This document shows, in pieces, positions 1-10,135 of a stretch of DNA of 64,000 bases (its first letter is position 1; every line of letters starts with the position of its first letter). Position numbers and translations under genes: made by a program. A model generated the notes under the pieces. It did no database searches and was not told the origin of the DNA. It saw only the letters and a program-made list of their open reading frames with translations. Origin of the DNA: Diplonema japonicum (lineage: Eukaryota; Protista; Euglenozoa: Diplonemea). The stretch lies in assembly GCA_964019335.1 (NCBI GenBank), contig OZ025743.1, positions 124,001-188,000 of the forward strand. The letters are read 5' to 3'.

Positions 1-1163
1 TCACCGGTAGTGCCCTCGAGCCAGTAGGTGGACCCCACAGCGATGCAGGTGGGGATGGAGGCGGGGAAGGAAGGGGAGAGCTTCCCACCGTTGCTGCCCT
101 GCCTGGTCTCGCCACCACTGCCGTCGTCACCGGAGGAGATCATGACGGTGATCCCCATGGTCCCCATCTTCTGGATGTCGTCGGAGAGACGGGTCGTGAT
201 GGTCTTCGAGCAGTAGTCGATCTTCTGGCTCCCGTAGCTGATGCTGATGCTGTACGGGAAGGTCGACTCGCCGGTCACGTCCGACCCGAAGGTACCGAGG
301 TCCGCGCAGAAGTCGAAGTTGGGGTAGGAGTACACCCAGGTCTCGGCGGTGTTGCTGAGGGACATGATGTACTCGGTGTCGAGCATGGACTCGATCCCAG
401 GCTGCTGCTCGTTCTTCCCGATGTACTTGCTGATCTTGCAGTCGGAGCCCGCGTCGTACTTGGTGCAGAACTCGGCGAGGTCCTTGTCGTCCACGTACTG
501 GCCCTGGAACTGCGCGATGGCCTGGATGTTCTGCTTCCCGGTCTTGGGGACGGCTGTCACGTTGTAGGTCTTCCTGAAGACAGCGGGGTCGACCTTGCCG
601 GCCGCCTGGAGCTTCTCCTTCAGCTTCTTGTCGACGACGATCGGGTTGAGGGGGAAGCCGTGGAAGCCAGCGAAGGTGTCGATGGCAGCGGCCACCTCGG
701 CAGCCACGCGGACACCGCTGGTGAGACGCCAGATCTTGGCACCGCTGGTGTGCTCGTAGGTCAGGAACTCACCGTTCGCCATCTTCTGGAGCTGGGCAAC
801 AGTCGCCTCGGCGTGGATGTAGTCCCCGTGGGGGTGCACCCTCGTCACCTCCACACCGTTGGAGCTGAGCCACTCTTTCACGATCCTGGTGTGCTCCGCA
901 GAGGGCCTCACGATGTCGCCGATCTCCTCGTACGAGGGGTACTGCAGGTAGTTCTCGCTCTGAGGGTTCGACACCTCCTCGAAGATCCTGTCCAGGACTG
1001 CCTTGTTCGACCTCTTCACCCCCACCGTCACGGGGAACCTTCCCTCCGCACTCACCTTCTCAGAGGTCGCCCTCCACCCGTTCGGGATCATCGAAGGCTC
1101 GTGAACCTGCACGAGGGACCCGGCGGACGCTGCCACCAGGGCCATGAAGACGGCCGATCTCAT
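1..1163 (-). CDS. Secreted sedolisin / tripeptidyl-peptidase-I-like serine protease (family S53), N-terminal part; runs off the left edge
   Basis: Own translation from ATG at 1163: signal peptide MRSAVFMALVAASAG, a pro-domain (VSNPQSENYLQYPSYEEI...VKEWLSSNG...GDYIHAEATVAQ), catalytic ESMLDTEY, SISISYGS, the oxyanion motif SSGDDGSG and FPASIPTCIAVGST. It is absent from the ORF track because the stop is outside the window. Confidence 0.9.
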   Translation of the reverse strand, partial: MRSAVFMALVAASAGSLVQVHEPSMIPNGWRATSEKVSAEGRFPVTVGVKRSNKAVLDRIFEEVSNPQSENYLQYPSYEEIGDIVRPSAEHTRIVKEWLSSNGVEVTRVHPHGDYIHAEATVAQLQKMANGEFLTYEHTSGAKIWRLTSGVRVAAEVAAAIDTFAGFHGFPLNPIVVDKKLKEKLQAAGKVDPAVFRKTYNVTAVPKTGKQNIQAIAQFQGQYVDDKDLAEFCTKYDAGSDCKISKYIGKNEQQPGIESMLDTEYIMSLSNTAETWVYSYPNFDFCADLGTFGSDVTGESTFPYSISISYGSQKIDYCSKTITTRLSDDIQKMGTMGITVMISSGDDGSGGETRQGSNGGKLSPSFPASIPTCIAVGSTYWLEGTTG

Positions 1164-1873
1164 CTTAATTTTTAAAGGTTCCCTGTGAATATGAAAGCTA
1201 AGTTGTTGTTTTTTTTAGAAAGAAAAAAAAAAAAGAATGGAAGCAAAGTGTCGAAGTGCGGGAGAAGGGGGGGGGGGGGGGGGGGGGGGAGAGAGAGAGG
1301 AGAAGTGTGCTTTTTTTAGATAACCGACAACAAACAAAAAAAAAAGGAGTCCAATCCTAAAAAAATCCTCGAAAACAACCCCAAACATATTAAAGGTTGC
1401 AAGGTATGGTGTATTCTACTCTCCCCCCCCCCCCCCCCCCCCCTCTTTTTCTTTTCTTACATTCAAAATCAAATCCCGACGAGGTATATAAATATATTTA
1501 CATTATTTACATGTTATCGGAAGATAAGGTGTATGCGGGTTTCTCACTGTTATGTCCCTGCCTGTGGTGTGGCTGCCTCGGGAATGAGGTCTCGCAAACA
1601 ATCAGACGACTCGTTCTTTATCGGGGTTATTGGGGACATGCTTGGGGGGCTTTCTTCTCTGTTGCTCTGTGAAAAAGAGACACTTATGCGGCAGCTGAAA
1701 TGATATTGTAAGTGGGAATAAAAAGCGAAAGGACGCCTGAAGAGCCTCACAGCCTACCTCTTGATCGAACATTCTGTTGTGGTGTGGCCTTCGGCCCTTC
1801 GCTTATTTTGTTTTGATCACTTTATCCTATGGGTTCGCTTGGGGGGCTTTATTCTCCGCCGTTCCGTGTCACG

Positions 1874-4540
1874 TCACCCCGTCGTCCTCGGCCTTGTTCG
1901 CATTAGCTTTACCTCCGTGATGAGGACCTGCAATGCTTCGGTATGTCCTTCTTCAGTCGCCACGTCACACGGGGTAATACCGTCGTTGTCGGCCTTGTTC
2001 ACATCTGCTTTCCCCTCAGTGATGAGGATACGTAATGCGTCGGTGTGTCCCTCTTGAGCCGCCACGGAACACGGGGTACAACCGTCGTTGTCGGCCTTGT
2101 TCACATCTGCTCCTCCTTCAGTGATGAGGATGTGTAATGTGTTGGCGTGTCCCTTCTGAGCTGCCTTGTAACACGGGGTAATACCGTCGTTGTTGGCCTT
2201 GTTCACATCTGCTCCTCCTTCAGTGATGAGGATGCGTAATACGTTGGCATGTCCGCCTTGAGCCGCCATGTAACACGGGGTAATGCCATCAGTTTTGGCC
2301 TTGTTCACATCAGCCTTTCCTTTCGTGATGAGGATGCGTAACGTGTCGGCTTGTCCGATCAAAGCCGCCACGGAACACGGGGTAGTACCATTCTTGTTGG
2401 CCTTGTTCACATCGGCTTTTCCTTCAGTGATGAGGATGCCCAATGCATCGGTGTGTCCCCATTTAGCCGCCAGGTAACACGGGGTATTTCCCCAGTCGTT
2501 GTCGGCCTTGTTCACATCGACTTCTCCTTCAGTGATGAGGACACGCAATGCTTCGGTGTGTCCATTGCGAGCCGCTTTCAAACACGGGGTAAGACCTTCC
2601 TTGTCAGCCTTGTTCGCATCTGCCTTTCCTTCAGTGATGAGGATCCGCAAAGCGTCCACGCAGTCGTGTTCAGCGGCGACAGAGCACGCAGTGCTGCCAA
2701 ACGCATCCACCGTATCCACCGCCAGCCTCCCAGAGAGGAGGACATCCTTCAGAAGGTCAGCACGATTCCTTGCCGCCGCCGCATGAAGCACTGTCCACCC
2801 TTCCCGAGGTCCCTCTTCCTTGTGCACTCCCCAGAACCTGTCGCCAAGTGCCTCCACCACCTTGTCGAACACAGCCCGCTTGCAAGCACACGCAAGAAGC
2901 CCGACACCTGCTGTCCGCAGCTCCTCTCCTACGCCTCTGAGGTCAGCTCCCTTGCTCAGCAGCACCGCCGCACTGTTGTCGTGGCTGCCGTTCTTGTTCA
3001 CCCGCAACACTGCTGCGAGTGCGGCGTTGAGGATCTCAGAGTGACCTGTGGGTCCCAGGTTGGCACAGCACAGCGACACCACCTGCTCGTTGTGCTCCAA
3101 CTCTGCAGCCACCTCCAGCAGTGTCTTCCCGTCCACAACAGGCATTCTCGTGCTGGGTGGGTAGTCTACCCACCTTCCTTCGCGTGTCACCGGATGGAGT
3201 TCAAAACGATTCTTAGCTAACATGACCATCGTCTTGATCGTGTCGAGGAGCCGTGCATTGCGAACCTGCTCCACCTGTGTCATGACGTCGGCAAGCCTGC
3301 CCCAGTGATCGAAGTCCATTTCCTGAAGCTCCACCACCACCACGCGACGCAGGCTTGTGTCCAGCGCCACCTCCAGCAGACGCATCACACCAACATCAGG
3401 GCGCCCCACCACCCGGAACTGGGTGTTCGCTGCGATCAGAACCTCCTGTTCCTCGGGGAAGCGGCTGAACTGAGCGATGCTCCGACCCGTCTGCACCCGA
3501 AGAACGAGGATCGTCCCCTGAACCTCTTCGTCTCCACCATCACCCTTCCCAAGGAAGTCTTTCACCACCCCAGGATCCTCGCTTGCACTCGTGGGGTGAG
3601 GCATCGTCACCACCGCCCCCACAGAGTACAGCGACTCGCTCACCCGGAAGTCCATCGCACGGAACACGGTCCCCTCGTACTTCGGCTGCGACACCATTGC
3701 TCGGTGCAGGGAATAGGCGAAGTCCTTCATCGGCTCGTAGCGCTGTCGCTCCCCACGGAACGCCACCTCACGCATCGCCGCGTTCACCTCATAGCACAAG
3801 GGGCTCTCCAGCGTGTACAGCCGAAGGTACGGCTCAGACTTCCCTTCCACATGCTGCACCGCCCACTCCGCAGTCATCTTCTGGAACACCCCACCAGCAG
3901 CCCGCTGAGCCGCCTCCAGCTTCTCGCACTTCGAGAGGTGCCGCTCCTTGCTCCCAGCGTTCAGAGCAGTCCCACACGCAGCGCACGTCACATACCTCTC
4001 GCACTCCGCCCCCATCGCAGCCTCCACAGTCGCCAGCATCGGCCTCGCACACGACGCACCACCCTCGAAGAACTCGCTCCACCCTCGGTCCACGTCGATC
4101 TCGCCGAGCCCGTCGCTGTACCGGCTCACCCCTCCCTTCTTGCTCGCCGGTACCACCCCTCCAGCCACCTTGAACGCCTTCACAGCCTTCTGCAGCTCTT
4201 TCCGCCCCTCCGACACCAGCGATAACACGCAGTCCCCCACACCGCGCTCCTCGCTCCGTTTCAGGAGCTTCTGCATCACAGCAATCACGCTGTGGCACAG
4301 GGCGTCGTGCCACCTCCCCACCGCCGCCTCCAGCTCCCTGCGTGTTGTCTCCATGGGCGTGCCGGCGGCGGCGGTACTGGGCGTGGCGGTGGTGGTTGTG
4401 GTGGTAGTCGCACTGCTCTCCAACTGTCCACGCAGCTGCTCCACCGCTTCCCACGCTGTCTTCACAGCTCCCTCTCCTGCTGGAGGAGGCGACGACAGGG
4501 CCTTCGCAGCCTGCACACCAGATCCCGCTGTCGTTGTCAT
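1874..4540 (-). CDS. Mono-ADP-ribosyltransferase (R-S-E, ARTC-type) domain protein with a CxxC...HxxxC zinc-finger-like motif and C-terminal ankyrin repeats
   Basis: LRLYTLES...VFRAM...TSASED...GRSIAQFSRFPEEQEVLI gives the R / S-x-S / E-x-E motifs. CAACG...HLSKC precedes it and about 9-10 ankyrin repeats (G.TPC..AA..GH...LRILITEGKADVNKA) follow. The likely start is MTTTAG at 4540, downstream of a T-tract. Confidence 0.85.
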   Translation of the reverse strand: MTTTAGSGVQAAKALSSPPPAGEGAVKTAWEAVEQLRGQLESSATTTTTTTATPSTAAAGTPMETTRRELEAAVGRWHDALCHSVIAVMQKLLKRSEERGVGDCVLSLVSEGRKELQKAVKAFKVAGGVVPASKKGGVSRYSDGLGEIDVDRGWSEFFEGGASCARPMLATVEAAMGAECERYVTCAACGTALNAGSKERHLSKCEKLEAAQRAAGGVFQKMTAEWAVQHVEGKSEPYLRLYTLESPLCYEVNAAMREVAFRGERQRYEPMKDFAYSLHRAMVSQPKYEGTVFRAMDFRVSESLYSVGAVVTMPHPTSASEDPGVVKDFLGKGDGGDEEVQGTILVLRVQTGRSIAQFSRFPEEQEVLIAANTQFRVVGRPDVGVMRLLEVALDTSLRRVVVVELQEMDFDHWGRLADVMTQVEQVRNARLLDTIKTMVMLAKNRFELHPVTREGRWVDYPPSTRMPVVDGKTLLEVAAELEHNEQVVSLCCANLGPTGHSEILNAALAAVLRVNKNGSHDNSAAVLLSKGADLRGVGEELRTAGVGLLACACKRAVFDKVVEALGDRFWGVHKEEGPREGWTVLHAAAARNRADLLKDVLLSGRLAVDTVDAFGSTACSVAAEHDCVDALRILITEGKADANKADKEGLTPCLKAARNGHTEALRVLITEGEVDVNKADNDWGNTPCYLAAKWGHTDALGILITEGKADVNKANKNGTTPCSVAALIGQADTLRILITKGKADVNKAKTDGITPCYMAAQGGHANVLRILITEGGADVNKANNDGITPCYKAAQKGHANTLHILITEGGADVNKADNDGCTPCSVAAQEGHTDALRILITEGKADVNKADNDGITPCDVATEEGHTEALQVLITEVKLMRTRPRTTG

Positions 4541-7260
4541 GGTTTTGTTTTCCTTTTTGTGTTGTTCTGTGTGGGTGTGACTGAATTGTAAACAGAAAAG
4601 CAAAAGAAAAAAAGAAAAAAAAAAAAGAAAAAAAAAAAGAGATGAGATAAAGGAGGTTCCTGTTTTGGAACGTCCCCCTTGTCTCTACTTATCTACCCCT
4701 TTCTCCCTTCTGGGGCCTCGGCCTTTCTTTCTTTTTTGGCTGTGTTGCCTTCCTCAAAGTATCCTCCCTTTCTTCTTGCCACTTTCTGCCCAGTTTCTTA
4801 AGGTCCTTGGTTTTCTCTGATGCAAAAACTGGCCTTCTGTTCCATCCCAGACTCTTCTTCGCACCTATGGTTCTAAGCGCGTGGTTCTTCTTGCTCTCCG
4901 CTGGGAAGATCCGCTTGCCTCTGACCTTCTTCTGTGTGCGTGCTGTGTCCCACCTTTCTTGGATTCTTTCCAGGAGGCCGTGGAAACTCCGCGCTTTCTT
5001 CTGTATCATGTCTAGATCACCCTTCTTCCCCGTGATCGGCTCGACGCCCAGCGTGTTCTCGAAGTCTAGTACGAGTTCCATTGTGGTGACTGTCGTCTTC
5101 CTCGGTCCATCGTACCACTTCAGCTTTTTGAGCCACTTGACGATGTCTTCACCGTGCTTCATCATCAGGCTCCCGCTCACATGCTTCCTCAGCTCCTTCC
5201 ATTCAGGTGGCGCATGAGCGTTTCCTTCCGTTATCTGTTCCCAGGAGTGCGTCGTGTACGTTTCTAGCTTTCTCTTGTCCCGGAGAAGCTGGTCCCGTTT
5301 TGCCACCACTTCCAGCAGGTAGTATTGCGTCTTCCTCAGCCGGTGTTGGTGTGTTCGGTGACCACGCGGGAGCGTTCCATGTAGCTGCATGCAGATTGGC
5401 ATTTCCGTCTTGTTGGCCACTACTTCTGCATGTACTTCCTTCTGTTGCACCTCCTTCGCCACACTGCATTCCCATAATGCGTGTCGCAGCATGTTGCTCT
5501 CGTCCTCCTCCGCATCGCACGCGTCGCATGTGACCTCGTCTGTTGTTGGTCTCTTGTTCACACGCTCGTGTGTCTCGTCCCCTTCCTCTTCCGAGCTGTC
5601 CTCGCTTTCGCTCTGCTCGCCCTCTGGGGGTGGTACCCGTCTGGTGATTTTGTCCTGGTACCACGCCTTTGGGTGGGTGTAGAAAACCCCTCCCGCCACG
5701 ATCCTCCGGAGGTCTCTCGCTGCCATTGCTCCTTGTGGTCCGAGTCTCATCAGCTCTCGCCACAGGTCGTTCGTGCGTGGGTCTGCGCCCCGGTCTAACC
5801 CCTCCATCGAGCGTCTTCTGTCCTGTATGTGTTCCGCACGTCCCGACCTTAGCTTTTCTCGCACTACATGTGCGAATTTGTCCTTGTTCTCAGCTAGCAT
5901 TTCGGTGAACTGCCCCCAGTTTGTGCTGATCTTCGGGAGCCACCGCTTCATCGCGTTGCCTATCGGGCCCAAAGGTGTCGTTCTTGTCGGGTCTTGGTAC
6001 CCTTTGGCAAGTCTCTGGCACCGCTCCCACACCTCTCCCAATTTTCGTCTCGTTCTGTATATGGCTGCTAGTGCTCTGTAGGGCGCTGCTACCTCTGGGT
6101 CGTGTGTGTCCGCTGAACAGGTTTGACAGCACCGCCGCTGGTGATCTTGTTCTGTACCTCGGTCCCCACAAGGCGTATGTCGCGGTTGATGTGAGCGATT
6201 TGAGGTATCCTTCCGACGGCGGCGCGAATGCAACATCATACAGACAGCTGGGTAGCATCGTTGTTCGCAGGACTTCCGCTTTCTGCCAGAAAGAGAGCTG
6301 AGTGGTCGCGAGCCTCCGTAGCGTGTCGCCCGCCGCCCTGGCCCTGGTGTTGTCCGTCTGTGTCTGACCATCCGTGCGTATCCTCGCCCCCAGGATCTTG
6401 ATCTTGTTCGTGGACCGCAGCTGCCTTCCTGCTACCTCTATCCCTGGTGCCTTCGCTCCTGCTGCGAACACTTCGGACTTCTTCGTGTTGAGCTCCATGC
6501 CAACTATGTCGCAGAATGCGGATGCACTGTCCGTGGCTTTTTGTAGTACTTCTGCTAGTTTCGCCAACAGGTATGCGTCGTCCGCATACGACAGAGTTTC
6601 CGCTCCCGTTCGTTCCTCCACACTCCTCATCAAGACCGCTAGTAGAGCGTTGATCATGATGATGGAGATCGGGCACCCTTGCAGGATTCCGTTTGTGGTT
6701 GTGAACTCCTCGCCTACTCCTGTCGCGTATCTGAATCTCCTTCTGAGACCCTTGTACATCCCTTCTAACGCTCTCAGGATACCTTTGTCCATTCCCATCC
6801 GTTCCATCAGCTTCAGCACCAGTTGTTGTGGAACTGTGTCAAAACACTTGGCGAAGTCTAGTGCGACACCCAACAACGGTGTCTTGTCCATCGCTGCTTC
6901 CTCTATCCTGGTGCAGATGTCCATGAGAACGTCCTCTGTCCCATGTCTGGCCCTAAACCCGTGTTGAGTTTTGTGGATCCAGGATTCTTGCCATTCGAGA
7001 ATATCACCAAGCCTTGTGCACGCCCCTAATCTGTACACTGCCGACGTGACTGTTATGGGCCGATGCTCGAGTGGTCCTGCGTTCTTGGTCTTCGGGATAA
7101 GGGTCACCAGAGCTGTCAACGCCGACTCCGGCCATTTTCCTGTCTCCTCTACCTCATTGAGGAAAACAGCCCTTGGTAAACGTTCTTCTTCTTTCAATCG
7201 ATTGTTATATGTACTTATAAAATATAAAATATAGCGCGCATTCGACGACACTGATCAAGC

Positions 7261-7337
7261 GACTGGCACCTTCCGAAGAAGGGCCTCCCACGTCCGCCGG
7301 GTTGAGCAGAGGATGCCCCGGGGCGGCCGTTCCAGTC
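7261..7337 (-). ncRNA. Structured RNA motif B (pseudoknotted three-way junction), divergent copy
   Basis: GACUGG...CCAGUC outer stem, a long P2 capped by GGCA-UCCUC-UGCU, a junction GGGAGG complementary to the loop, and a CCUUC-UUCG-GAAGG hairpin. It covaries with the copy at 24489-24562. Confidence 0.7.
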
Positions 7338-7393
7338 TGATCATGTCGCACTATAATATATGCTCTCATCTCCAAGGAGAAAAGAGGTTTTTT

Positions 7394-7437
7394 GCCCTCG
7401 TAGCTCGCCGGGCCAGCACTCTTACTTGCGTAAGGTC
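7394..7437 (-). ncRNA. Structured RNA motif A (GNRA hairpin plus H-type pseudoknot), divergent copy
   Basis: GACCUUAC-GCAA-GUAAGAGUGCUGGCCCGGCGAGCUACGAGGGC aligns to 24806-24850 with a compensatory U-A/C-G change. Confidence 0.65.
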
Positions 7438-9789
7438 TTGGTGGTTCTTGGGGGGTGGCGCTGTCCCACATTATGCCACTGCAGCGTGGTGAAGAACAGC
7501 CAGTTAGTGGCCACGAAGTAGTGATCCTTCAAGGCTCTCATATCTCCGTGCCGCGTGAACTGCTGCCGTCTCGACGTCCCCCTTCGCCTTCCAGCCTTCC
7601 GAGTCATACCTGGCCATGATCCACGTCTTGTCAAAGTCCAGGATGAGGGCGAACCGGACAAACTTCATGTGAATCCCGAGTTCCTTCGCGGTTTTAGGCT
7701 CTTCGCCGAGCACGTGTTTGCAGACCCGTATCATGGCTTCTGGCGTCCACTCCCCTTCCGCTTCGACGATCCCGGCCGTCGCCATGAGGAAAACAGCCCA
7801 TGCGTCCAATATGGATACTGGTAGCCTTCGTAGCTCTGCCATCCGCCAGCCGTCTACCCCCGCTGCGCTTCTGGCCGTCTTTTTCTTCAGCACCTGCTTC
7901 AGGCGCATCCCAGTGATCGGTGTCCACACCATGTCTCTTTTTTCGATGTACGCACCGTACTCCTTCTCGAATGTTGCGTACGCGGGCTGGGGCTTGTCTC
8001 TGTATTTCGCAAAGACATGTTCCCAATGTTCCCTCATTGTCCTGTCCAATTCCTGCGGGTTTGCAATCGTGTCCTTTTCCATCTCCACAGTTGCTGTCCC
8101 CCGCTTGTCCTCGATTCCTTTCGCGCTGTCCACGAGCTCCTTCGTCTCTTTTCCTTGTTCGACTGAGTCAAGGTAGCTCCTGTGCCTTGCCGTGCGCTGT
8201 TCCTTCACCATCTCCCGTTCGCGTCTCTCCACCGCCTCTGACATGATCTCTGCATCCGCCACCATGTCCTCGATGTTGGCCTGCGTCGGGTCAATGGGTA
8301 GGCACTTCACGCGCGTGTGTTCGAGCTCCCCGTTCAGATTGTGGATTGTGTTCACCGTAACCTTACTGAGCTGCCCTCCTCCTCTTTCTGCAACATGTTG
8401 AGCTGCGTCTGAATGGCTCTCAGCCTGCCTCGCATTTTCTCCAGCCGTACTTGCATGATCGACGCTGCCCCACACGAGCCAGTTGTTGTTGGTGCACATA
8501 GTTGTCTCTGTTGCGGTTGTCTCACCTTGCCGCGGCCCCTATAAGGTGCCGTGCCGACGGTCTCGTCCCCCAGAAGTATCTTCTCGCTCGCCTCAGCTAG
8601 CGCGAGGTAGGCCGCCTCCGGGTCTTTTCGCATGTGTTCCCTGAAATTGCTCTCCTGGAGTGCCTTACTCCCCTCTTCTTCTGCTGGTTCCACGCCTCCT
8701 GGGATTTCTCGGGGTATCATGTATCTCTTCACAGTCTGCTGGAATCTCGCAAGTCTCAGCTCTACCGTCAGAGTCATATGGTCCGCCCCCTTTACATCCC
8801 TGCTTGTTCTGCAGCCCTGTAGCGCCTGTGCTGCGAAAGCGTTCAGGAGGATGTAGTCGATCCTCGATGCACAGTTCTTCCGAGTGAAGGTTGGCATCGG
8901 GTCTTCTCCTTTTCCCGCTGCGCATGCTCCTGCCGCATCAGTCCATCCGTTCATCAGCGCGTGACGAAGCTCATACGATCTTTTCTCGTCCGTGTTGAGG
9001 TCGCCTGCCACAATCACGGGGACGTTCCCGAGCTCCATCGCCTTCTTCCTGAGGACGTGCTGCAAGAGTCGTTCTCGTTGCCTCCTTGGTTCCTCTCCCT
9101 CCCCTGCTGGGCAGTACACGGTGATGATGTGCAGCCACATATTTTCCCCGTCTATGCTGACCCTTGTGTGTTGCCACCTACTGTTGATGTCTTGCTTAGC
9201 GTCATCCCTCTCGAGTGATGTTCCCAGAGCTGTTCGTGGCTCGCGTACAAAAGTCGCCAGGCCTCCATAGATATCAGACCTTCCTTGATCCTTCCCTGTT
9301 GCGGGTCTGCCCACATAGGTCTGTATTTTCGCTTCTTGTTCTTCTCTGTCGCGGATTTCATTGCGTGTGCCACCTCTTTCTGTCCTGCTGCCGTAAGTGC
9401 AGTCTCTTGTAGGCAGATCACGTCGACGTCGAGCTGCATGACGCTTTCCAGCCTGTTCCTCAGAGACGCTACATTTGCAGTTGCGAGATGGAAAACCTGT
9501 GTCGGTGGCTTCTTGGTACTGCCTGTTTGTTCACCCTCACTACTTAGGACTTTAAGTGTGCGGTTACCAGCCTTCTCATAGGGGGTATGGCGCCCCTGAC
9601 TCGCCCCCGTCCCAGTGGTCAGGACACCCCTTCATTCAGGGCCGGGTAGATTTCCCCGTTGTTGTAGAGTCGAAGTCTGGCCAGGTGCTGTAGCCTTCTT
9701 GTTCCGAGTACCAAGTGCCACCTTCAGCAGGTCCTCCATCTGCACTACCGTGGCCTCCGTCTTGCCCAACCAATCCATCATGTGTAGCG

Positions 9790-10135
9790 GCGCGAGTACA
9801 GCGTCGTAGTGCTGGGAATCGTAAGCAACTATAATCGTCTGCTTCGCCCCGTCTGGCTTCGTGGCTCGCACCATTCTCTTTTTGTGGAGGATCCAGATAC
9901 ATGTCTGGGTTGCCCATCCTGCCGCTCCGAGGGTGTAGTAGTCCCCCCACTCTCCGTCATGCTCAATCCTTCTGAGAGAAAGGGAGTGTTTCCTTGCTTC
10001 TTTGTAAAACTCCGGGTTCGTCGCGATGTACTCTGCTGCCTGTGCGCGTACTGTGCTGGCGTTCCCTGCTCCTCGCGCCCTAGCAATTGCAGCGAACTGG
10101 CAATTTCCGTCCCCTTCCACTGGCATGTATCTCAT
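9790..10135 (-). pseudogene. OTU-family cysteine protease (deubiquitinase-like) domain within the LINE polyprotein
   Basis: VEGDGNCQFAAIA (Cys box), VRAQAAEYI, GEWGDYYTL and IVAYDSQHYDAV (His box). Confidence 0.88.

Larger units (their letters stand above)
7173..7784 (-). mobile_element. 612-bp 5'-truncated 3' end of a second Penelope-like family, nested in the LINE RT
   Basis: A 15-bp direct repeat tgaggaaaacagccc lies at 7158-7172 and 7785-7799, and removing the insert restores ...DAWAVFL|NEVEETGKWP in frame. The insert encodes MIRVCKHVLGEEP...LILDFDKTWIMA, similar to the C-terminus of the PLE at 24865-25270, and carries the same UTR motifs. Confidence 0.85.

Noticed and set aside
7261-7337. 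Assignment of motif B to HDV-like, pistol, twister or SAM-I families
   Set aside because: The strand order and conserved core nucleotides do not fit by eye. It is left unassigned pending a covariance-model scan.
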